Source: Pseudomonadota bacterium
Lineage (GTDB): Bacteria; Pseudomonadota; Gammaproteobacteria; Steroidobacterales; GCA-2729495
Length of the DNA stretch: 64,000 nucleotides
NCBI GenBank assembly: GCA_963204745.1
Contig: CAUJHF010000052.1
Coordinates: 1,679-65,678 of the forward strand
Direction of reading: 5' to 3'
A program made the translations under genes and the position numbers. Below, piece by piece: positions 8,966-19,093 of this stretch (position 1 is the stretch's first letter; every line of letters begins with the position of its first letter). Below the pieces are notes generated by a model. That model was not told the origin of the DNA and searched no databases. It saw only the letters and a list, made by a program, of their open reading frames with translations.

Positions 8966-9664
8966 CTAGCGGATCAGCCCGTCGTCCCGCAGGCGTTCGG
9001 CGATGCGCGGCGCAATCAAGGCCAGCGCCATACCGCGCGATTCCAGATTTTTGGCCTTCGTCGTCATGCCATAGATTTTCTCGCCGTGATTCGTCTCATA
9101 GGCATTCGTCGCCAGCTCGACGGCTCCGCTCACGGAAAAGACCGATGGTACTGTCTCGAAGTCTCCATACACAGCCGGAATGCCATAGGTACCGAAGCTG
9201 CCGTACCCAAAACCATAGGCCACAGGTTTGTAATCGCCGCCCCGCGCATCCGCTGTGGTCTCCTCTTTGGCGCCGCCTTTCACGGCAACCAGGCGGGTGG
9301 CAAGCACCGCATCGGCACCGGTCGATTTGACCACGGCCTCTACCGCTTCCCGACTGAGCATGGCATCCGCCGCCATCACATCGCAGCTGGGAGTTGCCTT
9401 GACTGTCGCGCTGCGCAGATTGTCGGCGAGTGCCCGCTCGAAGGCGCAACGCACATTGCGGTCCGGGCTCAAGCCGATCACAAGCAGGTTGCCGAAAGCC
9501 GGATCGCCAGTGACGCTCTCGCTCCAGGCGGCGTCCACCTTGATAGCGGAACAGGCGGCAAGACAGCCTGCGGCCAGCACGGCCAATGCGGCCAATGCGG
9601 CCAGCGCCGGAGGATGGACCCGGCGTCGCGATACCTGCTGATAAGAGTCGGCGATTCGGTGCAC
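8966..9664 (-). CDS. Hypothetical lipoprotein
   Basis: N-terminus ...ALAALAALAVLAAGCLAACS contains a lipobox (LAAGC). No family recognised by eye. Confidence 0.6.
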   Translation of the reverse strand: MHRIADSYQQVSRRRVHPPALAALAALAVLAAGCLAACSAIKVDAAWSESVTGDPAFGNLLVIGLSPDRNVRCAFERALADNLRSATVKATPSCDVMAADAMLSREAVEAVVKSTGADAVLATRLVAVKGGAKEETTADARGGDYKPVAYGFGYGSFGTYGIPAVYGDFETVPSVFSVSGAVELATNAYETNHGEKIYGMTTKAKNLESRGMALALIAPRIAERLRDDGLIR

Positions 9665-9744
9665 TGCTTGCTCCTCGGATCTCGAAAGTTACGGACAAGG
9701 TGCAGAATACGCGGGGTACAGACCAATTGGCCACCGCCCTGTTT

Positions 9745-12354
9745 TCAGGCACCAAAAAAGCGGCGATGGCGAATGGCCTTCTCGGCTTCGACCACCGCAA
9801 GAACCAGCAGGGCCGCGACCACGCACACGCCGAGATCAGCCGCCGACAGCGGTACGGTACCGAACCAGGCGTTACCGGCAGGCAGATAGATCACCGCCAG
9901 CTGCAGCAGCACGGTGAACACCACAGCTGCCAGCAACGGCCGGTTGGAAGTCAGGCCCTGACTGAACAGCGAAGTCCATTCGGAGCGAATCGCCAGCACG
10001 TGTCCGAGCTGCATAAAGCACAGTATCGTGAACACCATCGTCTGCCACTGCTCAGCATCGCGTCCGATGTACCAGGCCTGTGCGCCGAGCGCGAGCGCTG
10101 CCATGAACAGGCCAACAAGCAAGGCATGCGCACCGAGCCCCTGCGCGAACAGGCTCTCCTGCGGCGGCCGCGGGGGACGATGCATGACTTCGCGCTCGGC
10201 GGGTTCTGCGGCAAGCGCCAGACCCGGCAAACCATCGGTGACGAGGTTGATCCACAGGATCTGTATCGGCAGCAGCGGCACCGGCAGGCCGATGAACGGC
10301 GCCAGAAAGATCGTCCAGATCTCGCCGGAGTTCGTGGTCAGCACATAGCGAATGAATCGCCGCAGATTGTCATAGATGCGCCGGCCCTCACGCACGGCGC
10401 GCACTACTGTGGCGAAGTTGTCATCGAGCAGCACCATGCTGCTGGCCTCGCGCGCGACGTCGGTACCGGTAATACCCATCGCAATACCGATGTCGGCCCG
10501 GCGCAGCGCCGGCGCATCATTTACGCCATCGCCGGTCATGGCGACCACTTCCCCGCAGGCCTGCAGCGCACTGACGATCTTGAGTTTCTGCTCGGGCGAA
10601 ACCCTCGCGTAGACACGCACAGACCGGACGCGCCCGGCCAGTTCTGCTCCAGACAGTCGGGCCAGCTCGGCACCGGTAAGAACGGTATCGTCATCGACAT
10701 CAAGCCCCAGTCGGGCGGCAACCGCACACGCGGTCAGCGGATGGTCACCGGTAATCATTACCGGCGTGATGCCGGCGGTGTAACAGTCGGCGATCGCCAT
10801 GGCGGCCTCCGGGCGTGGCGGATCCAGCAGCCCGAGCAGACCGACGAACCGCAGGTCGTTCTCGACCAGCGACGCCTCCATGTTTAGCGGCAGCTCTGCC
10901 CAGTACCGCACACCGATGGCCAGCACGCGCAGGCCATCTGCAGCCATCTGGTCGGCGATATGCCGCAGGCGCACCGCATCCAGCGGTGCCGATACGCCGC
11001 CGTAGAATTCACTGCTGGAAGCGTCGATGACGACTTCAGCCGCGCCCTTGGTCACCGACCACCAGCCGCCGGCTGGCAGGCGGTGAATCGTGGTCATGCA
11101 CTTGCGTTCGGAATCAAAAGGCAGCTCCGCGACCCGTGGCAGCCGGGCAGACTCCGCGACATGATCGAGTCCGGCGGCTCGTGCAGCGAGCAACAGCGCC
11201 ACCTCGGTAGGATCGCCAACCACGGTGCCGTCGGCAGCGACGGCTGCATCGTGACTGATGGCCATCGCCGAAAGCAGCGTCTGCCAGGCCTCTGCCGTAC
11301 CCGGCTGTTCAGCCTGCACAGCATCGCAGTAGTACTGCTCCACGCGCATCTCGTTGGCCGTGAGGGTGCCGGTCTTGTCGGAGCAGATATAGGTCACCGA
11401 GCCCAGCGTCTCGACTGCCGCCAGCCGGCGGATCAGCGCCTGACGCAGCATCAGTCGGCGTGCACCCAGCGCGAGAGAAATACTGACCACGGCCGGCAGT
11501 GCTTCCGGTATGGCGGCAACTGCCAGGCTGAGCGCAGTCAGCAGCATCGGCAGGGCCAGCTCACCGCGCAGCAGCCCGGTCACAAACACGATGATGCAGA
11601 TCGCGATCACCACCAGCGCGAGCCGGCGACCGAATACCGCCAGGCGCCGCTGCAGCGGCGTATCTACCGCCCGTGCTTCGCTGAGCAGTGTGGCGATGCG
11701 CCCGAACTCCGTACGCATGCCCGTGGCAATCACCACACCGAGTCCGCGACCGTAGGTCACGTGCGTGCCCTTGTGGGCCATATTGCGGCGGTCGCCGACT
11801 GCCAGCTCGCCTTCACCGCGCAGCGCTTCGGTGATCTTGTCCACCGGAACCGATTCACCGGTGAGCGCCGCTTCGTTGATGCGCAGGCTGGCCGTCTCGA
11901 TCAGACGCAGGTCAGCCGGCACGATACGCCCGGCCTCAAGCTGCACGATATCGCCCGGCACCAGCTCCGCCGCCGGCACCGTGGCCGTACAACCGTCGCG
12001 CATGACAACTGCAGAAGGCGCAGCCATCGCCTTGAGCGCCTGTATCGCCTGCTCGGCACGATATTCCTGGAAGAAGCCGATCACGGCATTCAGGACGACG
12101 ATCGCGATGATCACCACGGTATCGGTGAGATCACCGATCACGCCCGACACTATTGCGGCGCCGATCAGCACCAGGATCATGAAATCGGCAAACTGCGCCA
12201 AAAACAGGCTTAGCAGCGAGCGCGGCTTGGCAGTGACCAGAATATTCGGCCCATGCTCGGCACGACGCCGCAGAACTTCTGCAGCAGACAGGCCGGCAGC
12301 CGGAACCTCTAGATCTTCGAGAACCTGTTCTGCCGGACGACGATGCCAGTTCAT
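9745..12354 (-). CDS. Cation-transporting P-type ATPase (type II, Ca2+/Mg2+-like)
   Basis: 869 aa. Phosphorylation motif ICSDKTGTLT, TM4 motif IPEALPAV, hinge MTGDGVNDAPALRRADIGIAMG, and an N-terminal cation-ATPase domain (...EVLRRRAEHGPN...). Confidence 0.9.
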   Translation of the reverse strand: MNWHRRPAEQVLEDLEVPAAGLSAAEVLRRRAEHGPNILVTAKPRSLLSLFLAQFADFMILVLIGAAIVSGVIGDLTDTVVIIAIVVLNAVIGFFQEYRAEQAIQALKAMAAPSAVVMRDGCTATVPAAELVPGDIVQLEAGRIVPADLRLIETASLRINEAALTGESVPVDKITEALRGEGELAVGDRRNMAHKGTHVTYGRGLGVVIATGMRTEFGRIATLLSEARAVDTPLQRRLAVFGRRLALVVIAICIIVFVTGLLRGELALPMLLTALSLAVAAIPEALPAVVSISLALGARRLMLRQALIRRLAAVETLGSVTYICSDKTGTLTANEMRVEQYYCDAVQAEQPGTAEAWQTLLSAMAISHDAAVAADGTVVGDPTEVALLLAARAAGLDHVAESARLPRVAELPFDSERKCMTTIHRLPAGGWWSVTKGAAEVVIDASSSEFYGGVSAPLDAVRLRHIADQMAADGLRVLAIGVRYWAELPLNMEASLVENDLRFVGLLGLLDPPRPEAAMAIADCYTAGITPVMITGDHPLTACAVAARLGLDVDDDTVLTGAELARLSGAELAGRVRSVRVYARVSPEQKLKIVSALQACGEVVAMTGDGVNDAPALRRADIGIAMGITGTDVAREASSMVLLDDNFATVVRAVREGRRIYDNLRRFIRYVLTTNSGEIWTIFLAPFIGLPVPLLPIQILWINLVTDGLPGLALAAEPAEREVMHRPPRPPQESLFAQGLGAHALLVGLFMAALALGAQAWYIGRDAEQWQTMVFTILCFMQLGHVLAIRSEWTSLFSQGLTSNRPLLAAVVFTVLLQLAVIYLPAGNAWFGTVPLSAADLGVCVVAALLVLAVVEAEKAIRHRRFFGA

Positions 12355-12362
12355 ATTGCGGC

Positions 12363-13508
12363 TCAGGCAACCAGCCGCTGGCTTGCGATTCGTGCCCCTT
12401 CGACCAGCGCACCAAGCTTGGCAAAAGCGACGTCGGCGTCAACGGCGCCGTATCCGGCAAAGGTCGCAAACCCGCAATCGGTACCCGCAATCACGCGCTC
12501 CATGCCGACGATCCCGACGAACCGGCCAATGCGCTCGGCAATCAGCAGCGGGTGCTCGATGAAATTGGTTGTCGAATCTATTACGCCGGGAACCAGCACC
12601 TTGTCATCCGGGAGCTTCGCATCACGAAAGACAGTCCACTCGTGCGCGTGGCGAGGGTTGGCTGATTCAAACAGCAGTGCTTGCGCCCTGGCCTTCAGCG
12701 CGACCGGCAGCACCATGTCCATCGGCGCATCGAGGTGGTGGGGTCCTTCATAGTTGCCCCAGCAGACGTGCAGCCGTACGCGGTCCGCCGGGATATTGCG
12801 CAGCGCGTGGTTCAGCACCTCGACATGCAGGTTGGCGAGTTTCAGGTATTCCTGATCGCTCTGGTGCCGGAAGATCGTGTGCCGGCCCATGCCGATATCT
12901 GGCGAGTCGATCTGGAGCAGGAATCCCGCCGCAACGATTCCCTCGTACTCGACGCGCATGGCCTCGGCCAGGGCGTCGAGGTAAGCCTCGTGACCGGGGT
13001 AGTAATCATTCGGCTGGAAGAGCGCAATCACACCGGGAGACGCCGAGTTCATGAATGCCTCGACTGGCGGCGAGGCATCGATGGCCGCCTGGAAATTGCG
13101 CAGATCAGTCTGCAACGGCTCGAGGTTCTTGACGCGGATCTCGCCGATGCAGCGGGGCGGCTTGACCACTGAACGAGTGCCGGAGGCCTGTCGTCGCCGC
13201 AAGGTTCCAGGGAACTCCAGCATGTCCTGGGCGGGTTCCCGGTCGGACTCTCCACCCAGCCCGGAAAGGCGATCCTTGATATAGGTCGCGTAACTGACCT
13301 TGCTCAGTTCGCCGTCACTGACGATATCGATGCCGATGTCGTTCTGACGCCTGACGATGGCGCCGATTGCGTCAGCTATCACCGCGTCGGCTTGCGCAGC
13401 ATCGATCTTCTCGCCCGCTTCGCGCGCGAACACGACATCGACCACTGCCTGCGTGCGGGGCAGGCTGCCGACATGTGTGGTCAGGATTCTGCTGGCGCTG
13501 GTTTTCAT
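12363..13508 (-). CDS. Cobalamin-independent methionine synthase-like (MetE C-terminal domain family) protein
   Basis: 381 aa with ...ILTTHVGSLPRT... and ...DIVSDGELSKVSY..., typical of the short MetE-like (methionine synthase II) family. Stop lies 9 nt upstream of the ATPase start, so probably co-transcribed. Confidence 0.75.
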   Translation of the reverse strand: MKTSASRILTTHVGSLPRTQAVVDVVFAREAGEKIDAAQADAVIADAIGAIVRRQNDIGIDIVSDGELSKVSYATYIKDRLSGLGGESDREPAQDMLEFPGTLRRRQASGTRSVVKPPRCIGEIRVKNLEPLQTDLRNFQAAIDASPPVEAFMNSASPGVIALFQPNDYYPGHEAYLDALAEAMRVEYEGIVAAGFLLQIDSPDIGMGRHTIFRHQSDQEYLKLANLHVEVLNHALRNIPADRVRLHVCWGNYEGPHHLDAPMDMVLPVALKARAQALLFESANPRHAHEWTVFRDAKLPDDKVLVPGVIDSTTNFIEHPLLIAERIGRFVGIVGMERVIAGTDCGFATFAGYGAVDADVAFAKLGALVEGARIASQRLVA

Positions 13509-13656
13509 GAACAGAGTCGCGAGCTCAGGCCAAAATGCCAGCTGCTACACTACACCGGTACTCCGGATCAGCGAAGTGGTGCGCGCCGAACCCGACCTCA
13601 AACGACCGCACCAACTGCACTGGGACCCATCCACTTACTGTCAGGATATATTTGCC

Positions 13657-16332
13657 ATGCGCTCCTGTAGTCTGCTGATTGCTCTCCTTGTCGCCCTGCC
13701 GACATCCGGTCAGACGGCCTTCCCGACCGGGAAGCTCGACAGCACCGTGCGGCCACTGACCTACCGGCTCGAACTGGAAATACTGCCGGACGAGATCACG
13801 TTCTCGGGCACGACCGAGATCGACATTCAGGTTGACGCGCCGACACCGGTCATCTACCTGCACGGCAACGGTCTGGTGGTCGCCTCTGCCACATACACCG
13901 CTGCTGTCGGAACCCGCCTTGCCGGTACCACGCAGGCCGGTCGCTACCAGCAGCTGGACCCGACCGGTGTGGCGAAACTCGACTTCGCCACGCCAGTCCC
14001 GGCAGGCCGGGGCACGCTGCGCATTCAGTACAGCGCGCCGCTCGACAAGGTCGGCGAAGGCCTCTATCGCACGGCTGTCGCCGGGGAGTCTTATGCATTC
14101 ACCCAGTTCCAGCCGATCGACGCACGGCGCATGTTTCCAGGCTTCGACGAGCCCGGCTACAAAACGCCGTTCGATATTGCCGTAACGACGCGCCCGGCGA
14201 ATGTCGTGATCGGCAACACGCCCATCCGCAGCGAGCAGCCGACCGGCGCGGGACTCAAACGGGTGGAGTTCATGACCACCTTGCCGCTGCCCACTTACCT
14301 GATTGCACTGGCTGTCGGTCCGCTCGATGTTATCGACGGACCGACGATACCAGCGAACGCGATCCGCGACCGGCCTCTGCCCCTGCGCGGCATCGCAACT
14401 CGCGGCAAGGGCCCCAAACTCAAATACGCGCTCGACAATACCGCAGCGATCATCAATTACCTTGAAGCATATTTCGATGTTCCATTCCCCTATCCCAAAC
14501 TCGACCTGATCGCTTCGCCGGAGGCGGGTGGCGGCATGGAGAATGCCGGGGCCATCGTTTATGGCGATAGCCGATTGCTTCTGGATGATCATCCCTCACC
14601 GCAAGAGCGCCGTGGCTTTGGCGGGATTCATGCCCATGAACTGGCGCATCAGTGGTTCGGTGATCTGGTGACCCCCAAGTGGTGGGATGACATCTGGCTC
14701 AACGAAGCATTCGCGAGCTGGATGTCATTCAAGGCCGGCGACGCATGGCAGCCTGACCTGGGCTTCAACGTCGTACCGGCACTGCAGACGCCCGCTGCCA
14801 TGACGATCGACAGCCGTATCGCCGCACGGCAGATCCGTCAGCCGGTCACCCGCAATCAGGATATCGGCAGCGCTTTCGACGGTATTACGTATCTCAAGGG
14901 TGCCGCCGTTCTCGGCATGTTCGAGAGCTATCTCGGCGAGGACAAGTTCCGCGCAGGAATCCGCGCACACATGCGCCGGTTCCCATACGCGGTGGCGGAC
15001 GTGGAAGATTTCATGGCCTCGCTGGCCCAGGGCTCGGGCCGGGCGGATATCGTCCCCGCATTTCGCAGCTTTATCGATCAGCCCGGCGTCCCGCTGGTCA
15101 CGACAAGACTCGAATGCGGGCCGGACGGCGCTTCGCTCCAGCTCGCGCAGTCGCGCTACTTGCCAATCGGCTCCCGGGGTGACCCGGCGCGCGCCTGGCA
15201 GCTGCCGCTCTGTCTGCACTACGGGGATGGGGCCAACGGTGACAAGCTATGCACCCTGCTCACTGAATCCACAACCCGGATTCCACTGAAGTCGGCGGGC
15301 TGCCCGACTTTTGTCATGCCCAACGCCAAGGGCGCCGGCTACTACCGCTTTGGCTTCGACGAAGAGGGTTGGCGCGCGCTCATGACGCATTTCGACCAGC
15401 TCAGTGAGGCCGAAGCGCTGGCGGTGGCCGACAGCCTCTCTGCCGCTTACCAGGCAAACCGCCTGTCCACCGGGTCACTGGTCGAGGCGATGAAAGTGAT
15501 GGTCCGGTCGCCCTATCCCGAGGTCGTTCTGGCACCGGACAACGACCTGATACGGCTGCGCGACTATCTGACGCCCGAAAACGCCGATGCAGTGCGGGCA
15601 CTGATACGAAGCCTTTACCGTCCACGGCTCGATGTCCTGGAGAAGGAAGGCCCGGCGACAACGCCGGAACAGGCGATTTTCCGGACCAATCTCATTCGCC
15701 TCCTGGCGCTGGAGGCACGCGATCCCGAGCTTCGCTCGGGCCTGGCTGCCCAGGCACGACGCTATATCGGCCTCGGCAAGACGGATACCGGTCCGGGAGC
15801 GGGCCTGGATACCAGCGCCGTATCGCCGGCGCTCGTCGATGTGGCACTGCAGGTGGGCGTACAGGAATACGGAGCGCCTTTTGTCGAGACGCTCATCGAA
15901 CGGATGCTGGCGTCGAACGACAGCCAGTTTCGTGGTCAGGCGGCTATCGGACTCAGCGCAACCGATGATCCCGAAGTCGGCGATCGTGTGCGCAAACTGT
16001 TACTGGACCCGCGGCTGCGCGGACGTGAGCCCACTGCGATCGCCTTCGGGCTGGCGGCACACTCCAGCCAGCGCCGGGCCACATTCGACTGGTTCAAGGC
16101 GAACGATGAGGCCTTCACCGCCCGGGTGTCCCACTTCGGTCATCGCTGGTTTCCGACTTTCGGCGCCGGTTTTTGCACCAAAGCCGAGCGCGATGAACTC
16201 GAAAGTTTCTTTAGGCCCATCGTCAGCCACCTGGATGGCGCCGACCGGACGCTGGCCCAAACTCTCGAGGGCATCGAACTCTGTACGGCACTGGTTACCG
16301 TCAAGCACACGGAAGCCTCTGCGGCTTTCTAG
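13657..16332 (+). CDS. Secreted M1-family zinc aminopeptidase (aminopeptidase N-like)
   Basis: ORF opens at 13357, but the ATG at 13657 gives the signal peptide MRSCSLLIALLVALPTSGQ. Exopeptidase motif GGMENAG, zinc motif HELAHQWFGD...WLNEAFA. Confidence 0.9.
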   Translation: MRSCSLLIALLVALPTSGQTAFPTGKLDSTVRPLTYRLELEILPDEITFSGTTEIDIQVDAPTPVIYLHGNGLVVASATYTAAVGTRLAGTTQAGRYQQLDPTGVAKLDFATPVPAGRGTLRIQYSAPLDKVGEGLYRTAVAGESYAFTQFQPIDARRMFPGFDEPGYKTPFDIAVTTRPANVVIGNTPIRSEQPTGAGLKRVEFMTTLPLPTYLIALAVGPLDVIDGPTIPANAIRDRPLPLRGIATRGKGPKLKYALDNTAAIINYLEAYFDVPFPYPKLDLIASPEAGGGMENAGAIVYGDSRLLLDDHPSPQERRGFGGIHAHELAHQWFGDLVTPKWWDDIWLNEAFASWMSFKAGDAWQPDLGFNVVPALQTPAAMTIDSRIAARQIRQPVTRNQDIGSAFDGITYLKGAAVLGMFESYLGEDKFRAGIRAHMRRFPYAVADVEDFMASLAQGSGRADIVPAFRSFIDQPGVPLVTTRLECGPDGASLQLAQSRYLPIGSRGDPARAWQLPLCLHYGDGANGDKLCTLLTESTTRIPLKSAGCPTFVMPNAKGAGYYRFGFDEEGWRALMTHFDQLSEAEALAVADSLSAAYQANRLSTGSLVEAMKVMVRSPYPEVVLAPDNDLIRLRDYLTPENADAVRALIRSLYRPRLDVLEKEGPATTPEQAIFRTNLIRLLALEARDPELRSGLAAQARRYIGLGKTDTGPGAGLDTSAVSPALVDVALQVGVQEYGAPFVETLIERMLASNDSQFRGQAAIGLSATDDPEVGDRVRKLLLDPRLRGREPTAIAFGLAAHSSQRRATFDWFKANDEAFTARVSHFGHRWFPTFGAGFCTKAERDELESFFRPIVSHLDGADRTLAQTLEGIELCTALVTVKHTEASAAF

Positions 16333-17639
16333 GCGGACGGAAAGCGGATTTCGACGCGCAGGCCCGGTGCGCCGCCCGGATTGGCAGTAAAGCCAAGGCG
16401 GGCACCGTGAACCTGCGCGATACGGTGACAGATAGCGAGGCCGAGACCGAGGCCTTCATTCTTGCTGTCCAGGCGGGTGAAGCTGCCGGCATTCAGTCGT
16501 TCAAGCTGACCCGGGGCCATCCCGGGGCCGTTGTCGCTGATTGCGAGCACCGGTTGCCCTGACTCGCTGGTCATGCTGATGCATATCCGGGTGTGGATCG
16601 GGCAGTGTTGCATGACATTCCGGACCAGGTTCTGAATCAGCACCTGGATCAGCACAGCATCGCCGGTGATTGTGGCCGGCCGGATATCGACCTCCAGCTC
16701 CATGCTCGCCGCCGCGACCTGATGGGCAATGCGCGGGCCTTCAGCAGCCCAGAAATCCGCAAACTGAATCCGTGCAAAGCTGGCGCGCCAGTGGCCCTCC
16801 TCGATTCGGGCGAGCGTCAGGAGTTGCTCGACGACGCGCGCAATCCGGTTCACTTCAGTACCCAGCATTGCGAGGTCAGGGTCCGGACCGGCCAGTTCCA
16901 GCTTCAGCGTGGTGAGCGGTGTGCGCAGTTCATGGGCCACATCATTGCTGAACTGCCGCTCTCTCCGGAGCACCGAGTCGATACCCTCCATCAGTCGGTT
17001 CAGCGAGTCGCGCAGCACGCCGATCTCCGCAACCGGGGTACGAACGGTCAGCGGTTCGAGGGACTCGGCATTGCGGCTTTCCAGTTGCCGGACCAGCCGG
17101 GACAGCGGCCATAGCAACATGCCGAGAAAAGCACCCAGCAGCAGCAGATTGATACCGGACCCGGCGACGACCGGCACCATGATGTCCTCGACGATGTCCC
17201 CCTGAACGTCCGCATAGAGATCACCCCGGCGCAGCAACTGGACGACCAGCTCCGCTTCGCGGCGTTGGTAACCATGCCAGTCGTGGCCACCCCACTGCAG
17301 GCTCACATTGCCGCTATTTAGCGACTTCAGTTCCAGGTGGTGCGGAAGGTTGCTCGCCAGCTGATTGGTGGAGAGATCGTAAACGCTGGCCCACAAGGCG
17401 TCGTCTTCATCCGGTTTGAATGCCTTGGTGAGCAGCAACGCAAGTTCGCCGCGGGGCATGTCGATGCGGCCGGCAGCCAACAGCTTGGCGAGCATCCGGG
17501 TCTGGCTTTCCAGATCCTCGTCGAGCACATGACGAAGTTCGTGGTCAGCCGTGCGATAGGTCGCCACGAGCCCGGCGACGGCGGTGGCAACCGTCGTCAC
17601 CGCCAGAAGCAGTACCAGCTGCGACAATCGGAGTCTCAC
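16329..17639 (-). CDS. Two-component sensor histidine kinase (QseC/PhoQ-like architecture)
   Basis: N-terminal TM segment, periplasmic segment, second TM. H-box FSNDVAHELRTPLT. HATPase motifs DNGPGM and GLGLGL. Confidence 0.85.
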   Translation of the reverse strand: MRLRLSQLVLLLAVTTVATAVAGLVATYRTADHELRHVLDEDLESQTRMLAKLLAAGRIDMPRGELALLLTKAFKPDEDDALWASVYDLSTNQLASNLPHHLELKSLNSGNVSLQWGGHDWHGYQRREAELVVQLLRRGDLYADVQGDIVEDIMVPVVAGSGINLLLLGAFLGMLLWPLSRLVRQLESRNAESLEPLTVRTPVAEIGVLRDSLNRLMEGIDSVLRRERQFSNDVAHELRTPLTTLKLELAGPDPDLAMLGTEVNRIARVVEQLLTLARIEEGHWRASFARIQFADFWAAEGPRIAHQVAAASMELEVDIRPATITGDAVLIQVLIQNLVRNVMQHCPIHTRICISMTSESGQPVLAISDNGPGMAPGQLERLNAGSFTRLDSKNEGLGLGLAICHRIAQVHGARLGFTANPGGAPGLRVEIRFPSA

Positions 17640-18295
17640 AAGGGCACCAGCCGGTAACCGTAGCCACGGATCGTTTCGATCCTGTCCTTGCCCAGCAGCT
17701 TCCGCAAACCGTGAATGTGCACTTCGAGGGTATTTGAATCGACCCCCTCGCCCAGCCCGTAAAGTTGCCGGTTGAGTCGTTCGCGGCTGACCGGCTTGTC
17801 GACAGACTGCATCAACACGGCGAGTATCTGATGCTCCTTCGGTGGCAGGCTGATTTCCTCACCATTGAGGTACACCTGATGGGTGTCGGCCGCAAAGGCC
17901 AGACTGCCGGCTGTCAGGCGGGGCTCCGCGGTACCGGCCTTGCGACGCAGGAGCACCCGGATGCGAGCCAGCAGCTCGTCCGGCTCAAAAGGCTTGACCA
18001 GATAGTCGTCTGCCCCGGTGTCCAGCCCGCGCACCCGGTCATCGAGGCGATCCCGGGCGGAGATAACAAGAACCGGAATCTGGCAGCCCGCGGACCGCAG
18101 CGACCTCAGCCAGTCGACACCGTCACCGTCCGGCAAGCCCAGGTCCAGCAACACGAGGTCGTAGCCACCCTGCTCCATATGGGCGCGGGCAGCAGCCAGG
18201 GTTCTCAACCAGTGCACCCGGTATTGGCGCTGCAGCAGCTTGTGCAGCGCTCGCCCCAGATTGAGGTCATCTTCCAGAAGCAGCAGATACATCAT
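17636..18295 (-). CDS. OmpR-family response regulator
   Basis: Receiver domain (MMYLLLLEDD...DLVLLDLGLPDGDG...KPF) and winged-helix output (...LEVHIHGLRKLLGKDRIETIRGYGYRL). Its stop overlaps the kinase start. Confidence 0.9.
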   Translation of the reverse strand: MMYLLLLEDDLNLGRALHKLLQRQYRVHWLRTLAAARAHMEQGGYDLVLLDLGLPDGDGVDWLRSLRSAGCQIPVLVISARDRLDDRVRGLDTGADDYLVKPFEPDELLARIRVLLRRKAGTAEPRLTAGSLAFAADTHQVYLNGEEISLPPKEHQILAVLMQSVDKPVSRERLNRQLYGLGEGVDSNTLEVHIHGLRKLLGKDRIETIRGYGYRLVPL

Positions 18296-18374
18296 CAGTC
18301 CCTGGCCGAGAACTTGCCAATGTATACGACTGATATGAGCTTTTGCTTAAGGCGCGCCGTGCCTGTTGGCGGGT

Positions 18375-18450
18375 TGGTGCCGGGGAGAGGATTTGAACCT
18401 CCGACCCCCGCATTACGAATGCGGTGCTCTACCAACTGAGCTACCCCGGC
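18375..18450 (-). tRNA. tRNA-Thr (anticodon CGU)
   Basis: Minus-strand read GCCGGGGTAGCTCAGTTGGTAGAGCACCGCATTCGTAATGCGGGGGTCGGAGGTTCAAATCCTCTCCCCGGCACCA. It folds as a 7/4/5/5 cloverleaf with anticodon loop TTCGTAA, a TTCAAAT T-loop and an encoded CCA. Confidence 0.9.
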
Positions 18451-18523
18451 GCCGGCGCGCAGTATAGGCAAACGCCCCGGGGCCATCAATCAACGCAGCC
18501 ACGCAGGGCTCACGGCTGAGAGT

Positions 18524-18931
18524 CTATTTGTTGGGGCGTACCCGGATAATCAGCTCGACGCTTTCGGCGCGCATGCCGGGCGGCAGGACTGGCAGCTTCT
18601 GCAACTCCACCTGGCTGGGATCGATATCCATCAGTTCGCCGGTATCCTCGTTGAGGAAGTGGTGATGCAGGACTGTCGTGGAGTCGTAGACGATCCGCGT
18701 GGGATCAAGCGAAATCGCCCGCAGGATGCCCTTGCTGGAGAGCAGGTTCAGTGTGTTGTAGACCGTCGCCTTGGAGACCCGGCTGCCATTGCTGCGCAGG
18801 GTATGGAGGATCTGGTCAGCCGACTTGTGACAGGGCTCAGCGAGCAGCAGCATGCTGACCTCGATACGCTGCGCTGTTGGCGTCACGCCATGCTCGCGCA
18901 GGGTTTCTTCGATGCGGGTACGTAAGCTCAC
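18524..18931 (-). CDS. Fur-family transcriptional regulator lacking the CxxC pairs (Irr-like)
   Basis: ...GVTPTAQRIEVSMLLLAEPCHKSADQILHTL...VSKATVYNTLNLLSSKGIL is the Fur winged-helix, followed by an HHHF motif. There are no C-terminal CxxC pairs. The ORF opens at TTG 19000; I prefer GTG 18931, which gives a 135-aa protein of typical Fur size. Confidence 0.7.
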   Translation of the reverse strand: MSLRTRIEETLREHGVTPTAQRIEVSMLLLAEPCHKSADQILHTLRSNGSRVSKATVYNTLNLLSSKGILRAISLDPTRIVYDSTTVLHHHFLNEDTGELMDIDPSQVELQKLPVLPPGMRAESVELIIRVRPNK

Positions 18932-19093
18932 TGAGGTTCCAGTCGCAACATCCTTGTAATGGCCGAATTTTAGCCACCCGACTGCCCCGGTGTAAACCAA
19001 ACCGGCATCACGCCAGGCAAATCCCGCGATTTCTGGCTGATTGGCGCGTGTTCAGCGCTCGTATGCTGCGCTAGCGTATCCGTCCGGTGACTT

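Noticed and set aside
9581-9607. Short tandem repeat GGCCAATGC x2 (plus a diverged third copy)
   Set aside because: It lies inside the lipoprotein signal-peptide coding region (ALAALAALA). This is a trivial codon-level repeat, not a regulatory or CRISPR-like structure.
9586-12213. Two long plus-strand ORFs (9586-10887, 433 aa; 10960-12213, 417 aa) opposite the P-type ATPase gene
   Set aside because: Both are antisense to a gene with unambiguous P-type ATPase motifs. Their products are Arg/His/Gln/Gly-rich with no motifs. These are typical stop-poor shadow frames of high-GC coding DNA.
13357-13656. Long 5' extensions of ORFs in the track, e.g. the M1 peptidase from 13357, ileS from 29737, ribF from 30768, the CTERM gene from 51868 and the acylase from 56324
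   Set aside because: Internal starts give canonical N-termini or signal peptides, often with an SD. The extensions overlap neighbouring genes or divergent promoters and are low-complexity.
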